Of a DNA stretch of 64,000 nt, positions 55,701 through 63,981 are shown in pieces; position 1 is the first letter of the stretch; every line of letters begins with the position of its first letter. A program made the translations under genes and the position numbers. The stretch is from IMG/VR virus record IMGVR_UViG_3300009177_000032, positions 1-64,000 of that record; one strand, given 5' to 3'. The stretch comes from a virus. The notes below the pieces were generated by a model. The model did not search any database. It saw only the letters and a list, made by a program, of their open reading frames with translations, and was not told the origin of the DNA.

Positions 55701-58700
55701 AAATCGAACCTCGGTGAGCATGCCCTGGAATTCATCCCCGGTCGCGTTGTTTTGCAGCTTCACGACTCTGCCGGCATCCTCCATTACCAAGTCGGCCATC
55801 GCCTTTGCCGCGCTCCACCGCCGGCGCGCAGCCTCTACCTGACCGGCCCTAACATTGATGCTGATCCCTTCGGATTCGTGCGCGGTGACCTCCTTCTCGC
55901 TCAACTCAGCCTTTCGGTCCTCGTCGGCTTGCCACGCAGCGCGCTCTTGATTGATGCGCGCCTCCATTTCGTCGAGCTTTGCATCCCCGTTAGCTTTGAC
56001 TTCGTCCCAGTCTTGCAGAAGTTTCTCGCGCCCGCCCGTCTTGCGCTGGAATTCATTGACCATTTCGTCGCCCGTGGGGACGTGCCTCAGGTCCCGGATG
56101 TTCCAGATCTGCAAGCGAGTGCTCGCCGTGAATATGTTGCTCTCGTCGGTGCCGGCCTTGAGCTGCTGATCGTCTTGGAGCCGACCGTCCCAGTCGTCAT
56201 GCACCACAATCTCGAGGTCATACTCACCAGTGGCTTTGAGCTGCTCAATACGCTGCCGGTAAGCAGGGAGGATGTAGTCGTAAGCCTGCTTCTGGCTCGA
56301 GTCCGGCAAAAGCGCCATGCGGCCAGTGAACCGGCGCGCCAGGTCCCGATCGTAATCGAGCGTCCCGTCGTCCTTCTGACTCACGAACAGCCCAAGCATG
56401 CTCTGGATCTCCGGGGTCTGGTCGAGGTACTCCGCCACGATGGCATCCCCGTATTTGTTGAAAATATCCTCAGCATCGATCTTGATCGCGCTGTCGCTGT
56501 CCGCCGTGGTGTTGGCATTCAGTGACTTCATTTTGCGCGCCGTCATCGCCGCGGGCCTCAACTCGGCTTGGATTGGCAGGACCAAATGAGTGTAGCGCGC
56601 GCCGTAGGGGACCTCGCCTTGTGGCGTTTTGTAACGTCCGAGCAGCACCATGCCCGTGCGACGGATTCGGCCAAGGGTCTGCATGAACACATTGATATCA
56701 AGCGCAGGCTGAGCAATGACCATGTGCCGCGGGCGTTTATCCGTGACTTCCTTTTTCTCGGAAGCGTGCGCGCTTAAGCCCGTGCTGCCGCTCGCGTTGA
56801 GGAGCATCCCATCATAGGTCCCGTTGTTGAACCCGTTGACGACCGTGTTTTTGTTCGCCTTCTTGAAATGTTTGTAGGTCGCCTCGCCCGTTTCGAAATT
56901 CGTGTATTCGAGCCCGCTCTCCCGCCCGGTCAACTCCGCTATCTTCACCCCCTCGGCCTTTAGCCGCTGGATGATGTAATCGATCGGGCTGATTGGGAAC
57001 TTGCTCTCAATCGCGTCTGCAGCGCGCTGGATTGACCGGTAGAGATCCCCGAGCCCGTATTCGTCGGGGTTGATAATGATGATGTTGGTTTGGCCCCCAG
57101 GCAGCTTTTCCTTTGCCCGAAGCGTCCGGCTGAGCGCGTGCCTGGTCAGCTCGTTCCAGCGGAGCGTAATGCTTTGCACTGGCTGGATATTGTGATCGGT
57201 AACGAACTGGTCGAGGAAACTCTCCATCGTGTTCATCAAGGCGATCACCGGCTTTTCGCCGGCCTTGATGGCTGCAACACACTCGGCAACTACCTCCTCC
57301 GCCTTGGCCGCGAGCAGGAGCTGACTAACCTGATTGTGGACGATCGCGGCAAAGTCCGTCATGTCGGTCGCGTTTTGCGACATTGCCGTCGACTCGTTCC
57401 CCTCGCCCTCTGCAAGAACCGCGTCCCGTATGCGCTCGCTGAAATCGACGATCTGCGAGAGAACGTCCGTAACTGCGTCGACTTCCTCGGTGAGCTTGGC
57501 CAGGTCCTTGACCTCGACCATTTTCATATCGTAGCGCACACCGGTAAAGTCCCGCTCCCGCCTGACATACTGTCCCGCCTTGGCCAGCGCTTCCGATACC
57601 GCCTGCTGCAGCGCAACCCCGCCCTTCTTCATGGCTTCGACGATCTGCCCAAAGTTTTGCGCGGCCTTGCTCAGCCCGGTCCGGAAGTACACCGGCATGT
57701 TTTCGGGACGTTTCGCGTACGTTGCGCTCAGGTAGGCCACGCCTCCCATGCCAGCCTTTGCCCCGTTGGCATTGAGTATGCCCGGAACGTGGATCGTCAT
57801 GGTCAGCCCCGTAACAGGGTTCTTGCGTTTGACGCCTGGACCGCCGCTAAAGAAAGCGGCCTGCATCGATGACTCGGCATCGCCCGCGGCCTCGTGCGCC
57901 TCGTCCATCACGATCACGACCGGGTTTTGCCGCGAGAGCTGCTCGAGGAATTCCTGGCGCGCATTGCGCACATTGACTTGCGAGTAGGTCGAGAAAATGG
58001 CGTTGAACTTATCGGGGTCCCATCCGTTTTGGAGAATATCGTTGATGATGCGCCGTTGGATCTCCGAGGAAGGAGCCGACACAAGCCGATTGCCGGCAGC
58101 GTCCACGATCGAGGCTTTCGCCGGGTCCCCGAAGATGAGCGGCTTAACGATGGTATGGATATCCTTCAGGTCCCCCCACATATCGGAAAACAGCTTCGGG
58201 TCTTTGGTGAAGAACACCGGGATCATTCCATTGAGCAAAGCGTAACGGATAAAGGCCGCAGCCTGGCGCCCTTTGCCTATGCCAGTCTCGTCGCCGATCA
58301 CCAATGCCCCGCCGGTTTCGAACTGGTAAATACCAAGGGCAACACCGTCGATTTGGTCCGCCGCGAGGATCGTCCGTATCTCCATGACGTCCATGTGTAG
58401 CCGGTCCGCTACATATTCATCGATCGACCCGTGAGCCTTTTTGATGGCATCGAGCGCGTCGAAAACACCTTGCGCGATGTTCTTCGGGATGAGCGTGCCG
58501 AACGGGGAGCCATCTGAGCGAGGCTCGTAAGGGACCTGATACTCGGTCGCGTTTACCTTCGGGGGTTGCTTCGGACTGGTCGTCTCTTTCGGCGGGAGCT
58601 TTTCTTCAGCCTGCTCCTGCTGGACGTCCTGCATGAACCGCTTGAGGTACGGCTTGATGACGTCGCCGACCTTCTGGATCCAATACTTCGCAAAATCGAG

Positions 58701-61700
58701 TAGCGACTTGCCCGCTTTTTTGAACTGCTCCCACGCCTCTTGAAAATGTTTCTTCGCCTCCGCGTAGGTCTTTTCGTTGAAGGGCGGGACACCGAAAACA
58801 CCGCCGAGGTTGCTGCCGCCGAACAGATCGGTAAGTCCCTGGACCGCCTTATCGATACCAGTGATCCCCTGTTTGGCGAGGTCACTGATTATGTCCGCTG
58901 CCGCTTTGGTCGTCGCGCCCGGAGCTCCACCGGCCGGGGGCGGGGTGCCTTCGAGCGTTTCACTAACTGGCGCTTTCGTTGCACCCTTGGTGGATTTCGT
59001 TCCACTTTTGCCCTGTTTCTTTCCAGCCGGCCGGGGCTGCTTAGGCTTCGTGGGCTTCTTGACCTGTTCGCTGGCCGTGTCGAGAAGATTGTCGAGATCC
59101 GCGTCGGTGAGATCGGTAATGTCCGAGCCGGCAGGACGGTCTAAAGCACCCTTGCCAGAAAGCTCTCCAGACTTTCCTCCGCCAGGAGCTGCGCCGCCTC
59201 CGGTTGGGGCATTAGCTGGCGCGCCTTTACCGCCTCCTTTAGCCCCGCCTTCCACTGGTGGAGCGGTCCCCCCTCCGCCGCCGGGTTGTTTAGCAGGTAA
59301 GCCGGCGCCTTTGGATCCTCCAGTAGTTTCCCCGGAAGGAAGTTGAGCGCCTCCTGCGGGAGGTCGTTGTCCAGTTGGCGATTGGCCTGCTCCAGCTCCT
59401 TCTCCGACGCCTCCCTCCTCAGTCGTTGTAACATCCCCACTTGGAGCGCCAGGAGCTCCTCCGCCGACCGCGGGGGGCCTTGAGCCAGGAGGTAATAGGT
59501 TAGGTACTCCGGCTGTTCCGCCGGTGCCCAAGCTATCTCTGTAGGCTGTAACTGCATCTCTGGTTTTCTGCGCTTCGTCCCAAAGCTGCTCCCACGTGTC
59601 GTAACGCGCAACACTTTTTGGGCCCAGGTCGCCGGACTGTCCGATCGGGATGGGCGTTGTTTTGCGCCCCGCAATCACGATGATCTGAACCGGCCACTTG
59701 GCTCCCTGACGTGCGTAGAGGTCGCCGCTAAGCTCGAAATTGGCAACGACATTATAATGCGCGTAGAGCCAATTCTCGAAAACCCAAAGCGCTCCCCTGT
59801 TCTCTCGCCCCGCGTTGGGCTCCATGCCGGCACCGAGGATAATACCCGCCGTCCCTGTATCCTCCATCGAGGTAAGCCCGCGAGCAGCGATGATGTGCTC
59901 AATCTTCTTGAGCCCGTAGCCGTCGACCGCCGTCGGTTGCTTGATCGTACCAAAGGGCGGGTTGAGGTGCACGATCTCGAACTTTCGCGGAGAGCTGTAG
60001 TTGAGCGCGTTCTCTCCCGTTACCGTGCCAATGCCGAGCTTCCTCAGGTTCTCACGCCGCTCCGCGTTGAGCTCGTTGCCCTCACTGCGCGCAAAGTTTC
60101 CGCCGATAAAGAGCATGCCGTTGCCGGCCGTATCGTCGAACAGCGCCGTTTGCGGAGTGACGCCAGTCATGTGCCCCAGGGCAAACGCCATCGGGGCAGG
60201 AGTCGAGTAAGCCTGATTTTCGATGCTCGTGCTCGTCCTGGCCGACAAGTTTGGCTGCTCGTTGTAAGCCTCAACGAGCTGATGGAACTTAAACAATGCC
60301 CCACGGTCTGGCCGGATTGCCAGAGCCTGAGAGGATCGAACGATCTGCAGCTCGACCTGTTCCTGCATCTGCTTCACCGATATCCCGCGCTGAGCTGCGA
60401 GCTTCTTCAAATTGACGGCCATTTGCTGCGAGCTCACGTTCGAGTTGAGGATCCCAAGGATCTCATGATCGTCGGTCTGCGGAGCGGTTTCCTCGCCGGC
60501 GATTTTGAAATCAGGTGCCCCGCCCTGCAGATCCTTCAATCGGGCGTAGATCGTAATCCCGCGGCCCTTGATATACGCATCCCCCGGAGCCGGATAATTG
60601 ACCCCTCCTTCAAACCACGTACCGGTAACGTGCGCGCCGACGTGCGGACTAAAATTGGCAGCCATTTCGCGCAACCGGTCTTGTAGCAGACTGATCACCT
60701 TTTCCCGCGGGGCGTCCGCTGGCGGGCCCAGGAGTCGCTCGCGCATCTCGTCGGACATTGGCGCGCCAGGAGGCGGGACAGCTCCGGGCTTCTGTTTCTT
60801 CTTCGCGTCGGCAATAAGCGTGTTGAGCGTTTTCAGCGTCTCCCGGATGGGAGGCCATTCCGCCATTTCCGACCGCGTGACCCCTGGCTTTTGGTAGGTC
60901 TGATAAGCCTGCTTCACTCCGGCCACGTTGAGCTTGAGCTCGTCCGCTTGGCGCAAGAGACTGCTAATGACCGAGAGGTCCATCCGCTCATCGCTACTGA
61001 GCTTGACTGGCTGTTTAGGGTGCCACTCGCTGTAGGGCGGGACCTCGCCGTCAATGATCGTGTCCCCTTCGTGCAATGTACCGTGACTCCATTTTCCGCT
61101 AGGAGTGAGATAAGCGACGACCGGTTTATTACCTGGCAGTGGCTGGCCTGGGGACTGCTCCCAATACCCTCCGAAAAGGCCAGGAACGATCTGCCCGTCT
61201 GCGGTCTGGATCGCAATCGGTGTGTTGTTGGCCGGGATTGCCGGCAGCTTCTCCCAGTCGATGGACTTTAGCGGAGTGATCGGGGCTTGTGGCGGAGGTA
61301 CGGGAGGAGCCCCCGATGGTAACTGAGGATTGACCGCGGGCGGGACGCCTGGCGCACCAGTCCCCCCCGTCGGAGTGACCGCACCTGTTTCGATTTGTGG
61401 CGCTTGGAGGAGACGCGCTCCGGCAGGTCCTTGAACTCCACCGGGGCCTCCTTCTGGAACCGGCGGAACACCTTCGGTTTGTTGAGCCGGAGTTTCACCC
61501 ATTGGGCCTTGCTGACGATTGGCATAGTTATCTCCTTGTGTTAGCAAAGCCTTTGGCTGCTCCGATCCGTAAAACGCAACCAGCGTTTCCGGGGATAAGC
61601 CAAGGTAGCTCTGCCAGAATTTGCTATCTATTGTCGGTCTGAGAGTCGTGATCCGTGTCGTCGGGTTGCGCGCCACACCGAATGCCTCTTTGGCCGGAAC

Positions 61701-62726
61701 CAGCGCATTTGACACGAACCTGAAAACATCCTGCTCGTGCTGGTTGGCCGTTCCCTCCTGCACCTTCTGGAAAATCTCGCGCATCTCCCGCGGGCTGTAC
61801 TCCGTTGTGATGTGCTCGGTAAGCGCATCTTTCAACCCAGGGATATCATGAGCCAGCCCTGGCTTGCCGGCGTGCGCCCCGCTCAACGCCGAAAACCCTG
61901 TCTCAGTGAGAATGTCGGTGATGTTCTCACCGATCTTTTCGTAGTCCCGGTCGTCAGGGTTTTTGCCGAGCTCCGTCCCGAGCTCCGCGGCCTTATCCTT
62001 CACGTTCTTCCCAAGCGTGTAGGCAAAGCCCGCGGCCACTAGCCTTTGCATCCATGCCGGCAAAGCTGGTATCGCTGCCGTCAGCACACCCTTTGCGCTC
62101 GTGAAAAAGTTGAGCGTGTTCCCGATCGAGTCGATGCCGCCGCCGATGAGCTGCTCCCCTTTGGTAGCCGGGACCTGTGCTGTCGAAATCTGCGGCCCTG
62201 CAACCTGCTCGACCGGTAACCCTGGAATGCTCGAGCCGACAAACTGCCGAGCCGCCTCGCGCTTGGCCTCCTCGCTCAGCTTCGGGAATACCTTAAACTC
62301 CGGTCTGTTCCAGAACGTGTCCCCGAGGATCTGCCCCATCGTTTCCGGGTTCTCGTATTGGTCAGCTCGAGGCTCAGCCCCCGCCTGCTTGTTTGCCTGA
62401 TCTATCTCTTGCGGCATGACCGACCTGGAAGGAGCAGGAGCGGGAAACGACTGCGGCCTCATCGACCTTACCGGCGGAGGATTTGTGCCGGTCGTGCTCT
62501 GGACACTCGTGTCGACTTTGGCGAATGGAACCGGCGGGAGAGCGGACCGGTCTACTTGGTCCATGAAGTCCGGAGCCGGCCCTACATTTCCGGGAGTCGT
62601 CCTGTCCACCTGTTCTGCGAACGAGTCGGGGCTGAACTTTCCGGCCATGCTGCGATCAGGTGTGGCCGGCGGGGTTTGCTTTGGAAACTCTATTGCGTCG
62701 ATCTGGTCCTCAAACGAAAGCGCCAT
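49755..62726 (-). CDS. Giant polyvalent (DarB-like) protein: N6-adenine MTase, strawberry-notch-type SF2 helicase, zincin-like motif
   Basis: YSTP..DDTAGNG..NPPF (~59.9-60.2 kb); GDETGIGKGRQ, DEAHE, SAT, QTLGRIRRTG (~56.6-58.3 kb); HEIFH..EYLA (~54.4-54.7 kb). Confidence 0.88.
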   Translation of the reverse strand: MALSFEDQIDAIEFPKQTPPATPDRSMAGKFSPDSFAEQVDRTTPGNVGPAPDFMDQVDRSALPPVPFAKVDTSVQSTTGTNPPPVRSMRPQSFPAPAPSRSVMPQEIDQANKQAGAEPRADQYENPETMGQILGDTFWNRPEFKVFPKLSEEAKREAARQFVGSSIPGLPVEQVAGPQISTAQVPATKGEQLIGGGIDSIGNTLNFFTSAKGVLTAAIPALPAWMQRLVAAGFAYTLGKNVKDKAAELGTELGKNPDDRDYEKIGENITDILTETGFSALSGAHAGKPGLAHDIPGLKDALTEHITTEYSPREMREIFQKVQEGTANQHEQDVFRFVSNALVPAKEAFGVARNPTTRITTLRPTIDSKFWQSYLGLSPETLVAFYGSEQPKALLTQGDNYANRQQGPMGETPAQQTEGVPPVPEGGPGGVQGPAGARLLQAPQIETGAVTPTGGTGAPGVPPAVNPQLPSGAPPVPPPQAPITPLKSIDWEKLPAIPANNTPIAIQTADGQIVPGLFGGYWEQSPGQPLPGNKPVVAYLTPSGKWSHGTLHEGDTIIDGEVPPYSEWHPKQPVKLSSDERMDLSVISSLLRQADELKLNVAGVKQAYQTYQKPGVTRSEMAEWPPIRETLKTLNTLIADAKKKQKPGAVPPPGAPMSDEMRERLLGPPADAPREKVISLLQDRLREMAANFSPHVGAHVTGTWFEGGVNYPAPGDAYIKGRGITIYARLKDLQGGAPDFKIAGEETAPQTDDHEILGILNSNVSSQQMAVNLKKLAAQRGISVKQMQEQVELQIVRSSQALAIRPDRGALFKFHQLVEAYNEQPNLSARTSTSIENQAYSTPAPMAFALGHMTGVTPQTALFDDTAGNGMLFIGGNFARSEGNELNAERRENLRKLGIGTVTGENALNYSSPRKFEIVHLNPPFGTIKQPTAVDGYGLKKIEHIIAARGLTSMEDTGTAGIILGAGMEPNAGRENRGALWVFENWLYAHYNVVANFELSGDLYARQGAKWPVQIIVIAGRKTTPIPIGQSGDLGPKSVARYDTWEQLWDEAQKTRDAVTAYRDSLGTGGTAGVPNLLPPGSRPPAVGGGAPGAPSGDVTTTEEGGVGEGAGAGQSPTGQRPPAGGAQLPSGETTGGSKGAGLPAKQPGGGGGTAPPVEGGAKGGGKGAPANAPTGGGAAPGGGKSGELSGKGALDRPAGSDITDLTDADLDNLLDTASEQVKKPTKPKQPRPAGKKQGKSGTKSTKGATKAPVSETLEGTPPPAGGAPGATTKAAADIISDLAKQGITGIDKAVQGLTDLFGGSNLGGVFGVPPFNEKTYAEAKKHFQEAWEQFKKAGKSLLDFAKYWIQKVGDVIKPYLKRFMQDVQQEQAEEKLPPKETTSPKQPPKVNATEYQVPYEPRSDGSPFGTLIPKNIAQGVFDALDAIKKAHGSIDEYVADRLHMDVMEIRTILAADQIDGVALGIYQFETGGALVIGDETGIGKGRQAAAFIRYALLNGMIPVFFTKDPKLFSDMWGDLKDIHTIVKPLIFGDPAKASIVDAAGNRLVSAPSSEIQRRIINDILQNGWDPDKFNAIFSTYSQVNVRNARQEFLEQLSRQNPVVIVMDEAHEAAGDAESSMQAAFFSGGPGVKRKNPVTGLTMTIHVPGILNANGAKAGMGGVAYLSATYAKRPENMPVYFRTGLSKAAQNFGQIVEAMKKGGVALQQAVSEALAKAGQYVRRERDFTGVRYDMKMVEVKDLAKLTEEVDAVTDVLSQIVDFSERIRDAVLAEGEGNESTAMSQNATDMTDFAAIVHNQVSQLLLAAKAEEVVAECVAAIKAGEKPVIALMNTMESFLDQFVTDHNIQPVQSITLRWNELTRHALSRTLRAKEKLPGGQTNIIIINPDEYGLGDLYRSIQRAADAIESKFPISPIDYIIQRLKAEGVKIAELTGRESGLEYTNFETGEATYKHFKKANKNTVVNGFNNGTYDGMLLNASGSTGLSAHASEKKEVTDKRPRHMVIAQPALDINVFMQTLGRIRRTGMVLLGRYKTPQGEVPYGARYTHLVLPIQAELRPAAMTARKMKSLNANTTADSDSAIKIDAEDIFNKYGDAIVAEYLDQTPEIQSMLGLFVSQKDDGTLDYDRDLARRFTGRMALLPDSSQKQAYDYILPAYRQRIEQLKATGEYDLEIVVHDDWDGRLQDDQQLKAGTDESNIFTASTRLQIWNIRDLRHVPTGDEMVNEFQRKTGGREKLLQDWDEVKANGDAKLDEMEARINQERAAWQADEDRKAELSEKEVTAHESEGISINVRAGQVEAARRRWSAAKAMADLVMEDAGRVVKLQNNATGDEFQGMLTEVRFPTNRFSPGAFRFKFLLHAPGGVAYINGAQFRGQEGWELGPSNSVPSDLGPGDKNARYERFFVVGNPIQGYVSTGGRGKMVRFKSSEGQVVTGLQMPRNWGPAQLVSDPRLELVNGTAATHFLVTHAKAGADRIPIESGQVVRIVRPSWGDRTFQISTPAAKSTGGTIYLDGPLRDITGDFDKRGNRMVANVSEEDMPAAIDRIVKITGQNFKAIGEATPLIPLVADSNTRGSSGRSRSSIEAPGETATGEAASGVGIEGIRRMFEDPELKISDEARRVALALLSEPVMRNLDWSKLMVSVRDRLPGDVSGRANIANQLIELSKGARPGTFPHEIFHFLWELLPPEVRAEVEQYRQEEIQQALGTVKDATALPPEVQELLGRMMARDGIHSEDFLRAMADIVGAHPELKAFLDRWYYLSSPQEYLAGVAGNEYARSNPFYHKEESLFQRLLARIREWLNGLLEALRRVIGYKPGIKRVISDLLNGRYRNTPEAGAELERWQAEPGPEKTELPEDEGLNMADLELDNEKVTTQRMGVIDTILGREQMSPEMLEAGKRHAEQTFTRAGLQVIPSEDNGYYELVDPDFESEIEGRRLLKLVQDDISTQQQPGQTMAKGALGFLINSIRNNMVGDDVTAFSPALKAELYAVTQGEASHRGLMLGVLAGLRKTAQYVARNVNTILARTYSDAFGGDFIRKILARITDHMRDYFTDEEISKALEEKPALKDLVDKTIALRIHDEGNAAYRWVQRLLKPKFKKTLAKLQSDARTEEAVNSFLEQAARQGIEPKPTPKPTKLTAVDRLIHLMTPATSAKINGIMRAAVEAAEFNAGRKQALLDAQSDEERQELLANFQAGEEPTRDQIERGLDQPEYRHWKDIRDNLVGYDPVTLKTAQDLIREDFSKTRFKAPVQRPADTRIDLEKLAQEPEAEVTRVLDAYWANLEANMDLSRADEGTRARVLSIIETQLAGQLERARERVRAPLFQPPQERGATLTPEARLGAKINAGLFRDPRLDLVEYVQTVANKSIIQRVMPKASDLVRQALDTPFYRQAQIAQNFSQILINRYGVPAEVADRAAALFEAAYQNLFEKARVQAIKRATDGLTPKERKFARPGKPLWHKIVAAANAGIFDSTDVLRQIAAAKGWTPPTEAQVKRFKDLAAQIQKLQELTPEERAQAGNDAEALRRAQAARDALTEERRGTLSKDISALWAKMTRPIVFPGFSVQSWRNAWNSRRNIADAINEFEVANMLLKVGFALRLPTHIISQLFWHIPTRAAGVAWMRQAEGSRESAWRDLNVALADGYGRALKALRPAIASARSALAGRGQSRNVDRLVTGVLMFERMEAEAKAASEKGQHGKAAVLRLLGLARFSLRFVQAVDNFQGVPAEFQELANQIEGELRERGMDKAEIAANKDRILGNLKEKRDAAMALARQVLGENAGPNEVNEAAWNLVRSNIYEDIRALGLPADDFRAKNEKLRRTIAWQERVTHGLGGLVAGAGKMASGFAANIGLPFSFARFANAVGTGINYSLFFTPLYAQGAIKVPGMGGDEESPWFWSEEDRYQRRVQAIVGSILGALIMGMVFAGLIRVFLRGPKNKAERELWEAQGHRSGTIELVLNDHEFIPMSLTVGLASAFAPYAATAGAILEAVMAREKAQEKLNAEAEKKGIAPGKIPPIGALDIASIAAQSLWGTLISGKAFSGVVQSGTEYGVPNVSKMAAAYVSPNILGLPAYQEFARGAGVNMDSKLSGFWDFLVPLPTSQARAVNILGDPVGTPDAVQRWIQTLTAGGGVMGIYPGIVDTEQAKALAPYAALLNSGYRPPAVDSAKGYPIDGEYRPMNKTELADYSVARGQNFKQSLEALGPDATLSDIRTAFNQANQTALQSVGVDTSAMEALSKTAPGNGQVPTGSASRYVTPQNAQVPSIAAGGGAPLRGAARLPNLRRGVRLPARSLRGPRGPSIRRPGGRAGALRRTGAGGIRSLRPRAH
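59141..59557 (-). CDS. Nested out-of-frame ORF in Gly/Pro linker of the giant gene
   Basis: 138 aa from ATG 59557, amphipathic-helical composition. Confidence 0.45.
   Translation of the reverse strand: MQLQPTEIAWAPAEQPEYLTYYLLAQGPPRSAEELLALQVGMLQRLRREASEKELEQANRQLDNDLPQEALNFLPGKLLEDPKAPAYLLNNPAAEGGPLHQWKAGLKEAVKARQLMPQPEAAQLLAEESLESFLARVL
61268..61525 (-). CDS. Nested out-of-frame small basic protein
   Basis: AAGGAG 6 nt before ATG; MPIVSKAQ...LPERV...RSLRRGGLVR. Confidence 0.6.
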   Translation of the reverse strand: MPIVSKAQWVKLRLNKPKVFRRFQKEAPVEFKDLPERVSSKRHKSKQVRSLRRGGLVRQASRPRSILSYHRGLLPYLRHKPRSLR

Positions 62727-62732
62727 GCGCGC

Positions 62733-62760
62733 TTTTTACCATGGGAACTCCTTCAATCAA
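62733..62760 (-). promoter_or_regulatory. Putative promoter, leaderless transcript of giant gene
   Basis: TTGATT-N16-TAAAAA-N6-ATG(62726). Confidence 0.4.
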
Positions 62761-62761
62761 A

Positions 62762-63178
62762 CTAATTCACCGTCGACCGGTCCTCTTTGAAGGCTTTCCA
62801 ACCTCCAAGATTGACCCCCTGATAGATCTCTGTGCGCGTCTTTAGCGGGACGCCCAGGGCAATCATGCAATCGAGAAAAAGCATGTCGCACTCCGATTTT
62901 GTGAGGCCGGCAGGAATGAAATCAGCGCCTGACTTCTTAAGCAGCGTGTTCCGGTAGGCCGCATCGTGGACGACCGCCCCGAGCCAATAGTCTCCGAAAG
63001 GGGATAACCCGGTCGACCAAAGCGCCTCGGGGATGCTGCACCCGTCGCTTTCGGCCCCAGCTGGAACACGGTAAAAATCGCCGTTATCAGAGATGAGGTC
63101 GATCGGCTCCTCGATAACCATGTTTCGACCGTCGCGAGTCCGAAGCAAAACGTCGTTTCGGCTCTTAAAGACGATCAA
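62762..63178 (-). CDS. DUF1353 family protein
   Basis: VPAGAESDGCSIP..AVVHDAAY..CDMLF..YQGV..GG. Confidence 0.85.
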   Translation of the reverse strand: MIVFKSRNDVLLRTRDGRNMVIEEPIDLISDNGDFYRVPAGAESDGCSIPEALWSTGLSPFGDYWLGAVVHDAAYRNTLLKKSGADFIPAGLTKSECDMLFLDCMIALGVPLKTRTEIYQGVNLGGWKAFKEDRSTVN

Positions 63179-63981
63179 GGAAGGTCCTCCGGATTGGCAG
63201 TCGGCGCTCCCTGAACTGATTCGCTTTCCTGCAGCGCACGCGCGAGAGCGTTAGCCATCGGTAATCCCTGCTGAGTCCAGTATTGCGCCCGGTCGTAAAC
63301 CATTGGGGCATACTTCCGTTTGGGAGCGGCCGTACTGGTAACCCCGCCGCCGGCCTGATCCTCGGGAGTTACCGCCGCAGACGGTGTGCCGGTGTTGGCT
63401 CCTGGGGTCGCCCATGACGCTTGTCCGGCCCCTCCGGCTTGGTCCTCGGGTGTCACACCCGCCGGTTGAGCGCCTCCCCTGGCGGATCCACCCCACTGCG
63501 GAGGCGGGACCGCTGGCACATACTTGCCGCTATCCGGATCGAAAGTTACCAACCCCGCGAGCCGCTTATCCGTTTGGATGCGATTGACGCGCCTGTCGAT
63601 CTCACCCTTCTGCAACAGCAAAGGTCCAAGGGCCGAAGTTCTCGCTTTCTCCACTCCGCGGCCCGCGATGTTGCTATACCACGGGATCTCCGGGTGCGGA
63701 TTCTTCTTCTCCTCGGCAATCGCTTTCTCGAGCTCGGCCTGACGGTTGAGCGTGCTGGCTGCATCGTGAGCCGTCTGGAAATCGAAGGTCATCGCCTGGC
63801 GCGCCCGGTTGGACGCATCGGCCAATAGACCGGCCTGAGCCTCGCTCATCTTCGGGTAAACCGCCCGCACGTGGTTGGCATCCTCGAAATAACCAGCATT
63901 GGCTTGCCGCTCGGCCAAAGCGTTTTGATAGTCCTGCTCCTTGAGGGCCGCTGCATTCGGCTGGCCCATCTGCCAATCCAT
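63175..63981 (-). CDS. Hypothetical virion-associated protein (may start beyond right edge)
   Basis: Frame open to the edge; VTPEDQAGG repeated twice. Confidence 0.6.
   Translation of the reverse strand: MDWQMGQPNAAALKEQDYQNALAERQANAGYFEDANHVRAVYPKMSEAQAGLLADASNRARQAMTFDFQTAHDAASTLNRQAELEKAIAEEKKNPHPEIPWYSNIAGRGVEKARTSALGPLLLQKGEIDRRVNRIQTDKRLAGLVTFDPDSGKYVPAVPPPQWGGSARGGAQPAGVTPEDQAGGAGQASWATPGANTGTPSAAVTPEDQAGGGVTSTAAPKRKYAPMVYDRAQYWTQQGLPMANALARALQESESVQGAPTANPEDLP

Noticed and set aside
50307-60686. Long plus-strand ORFs of 260-400 aa opposite the giant gene
   Set aside because: Typical antisense open frames of GC-rich coding DNA; no motifs or start signals
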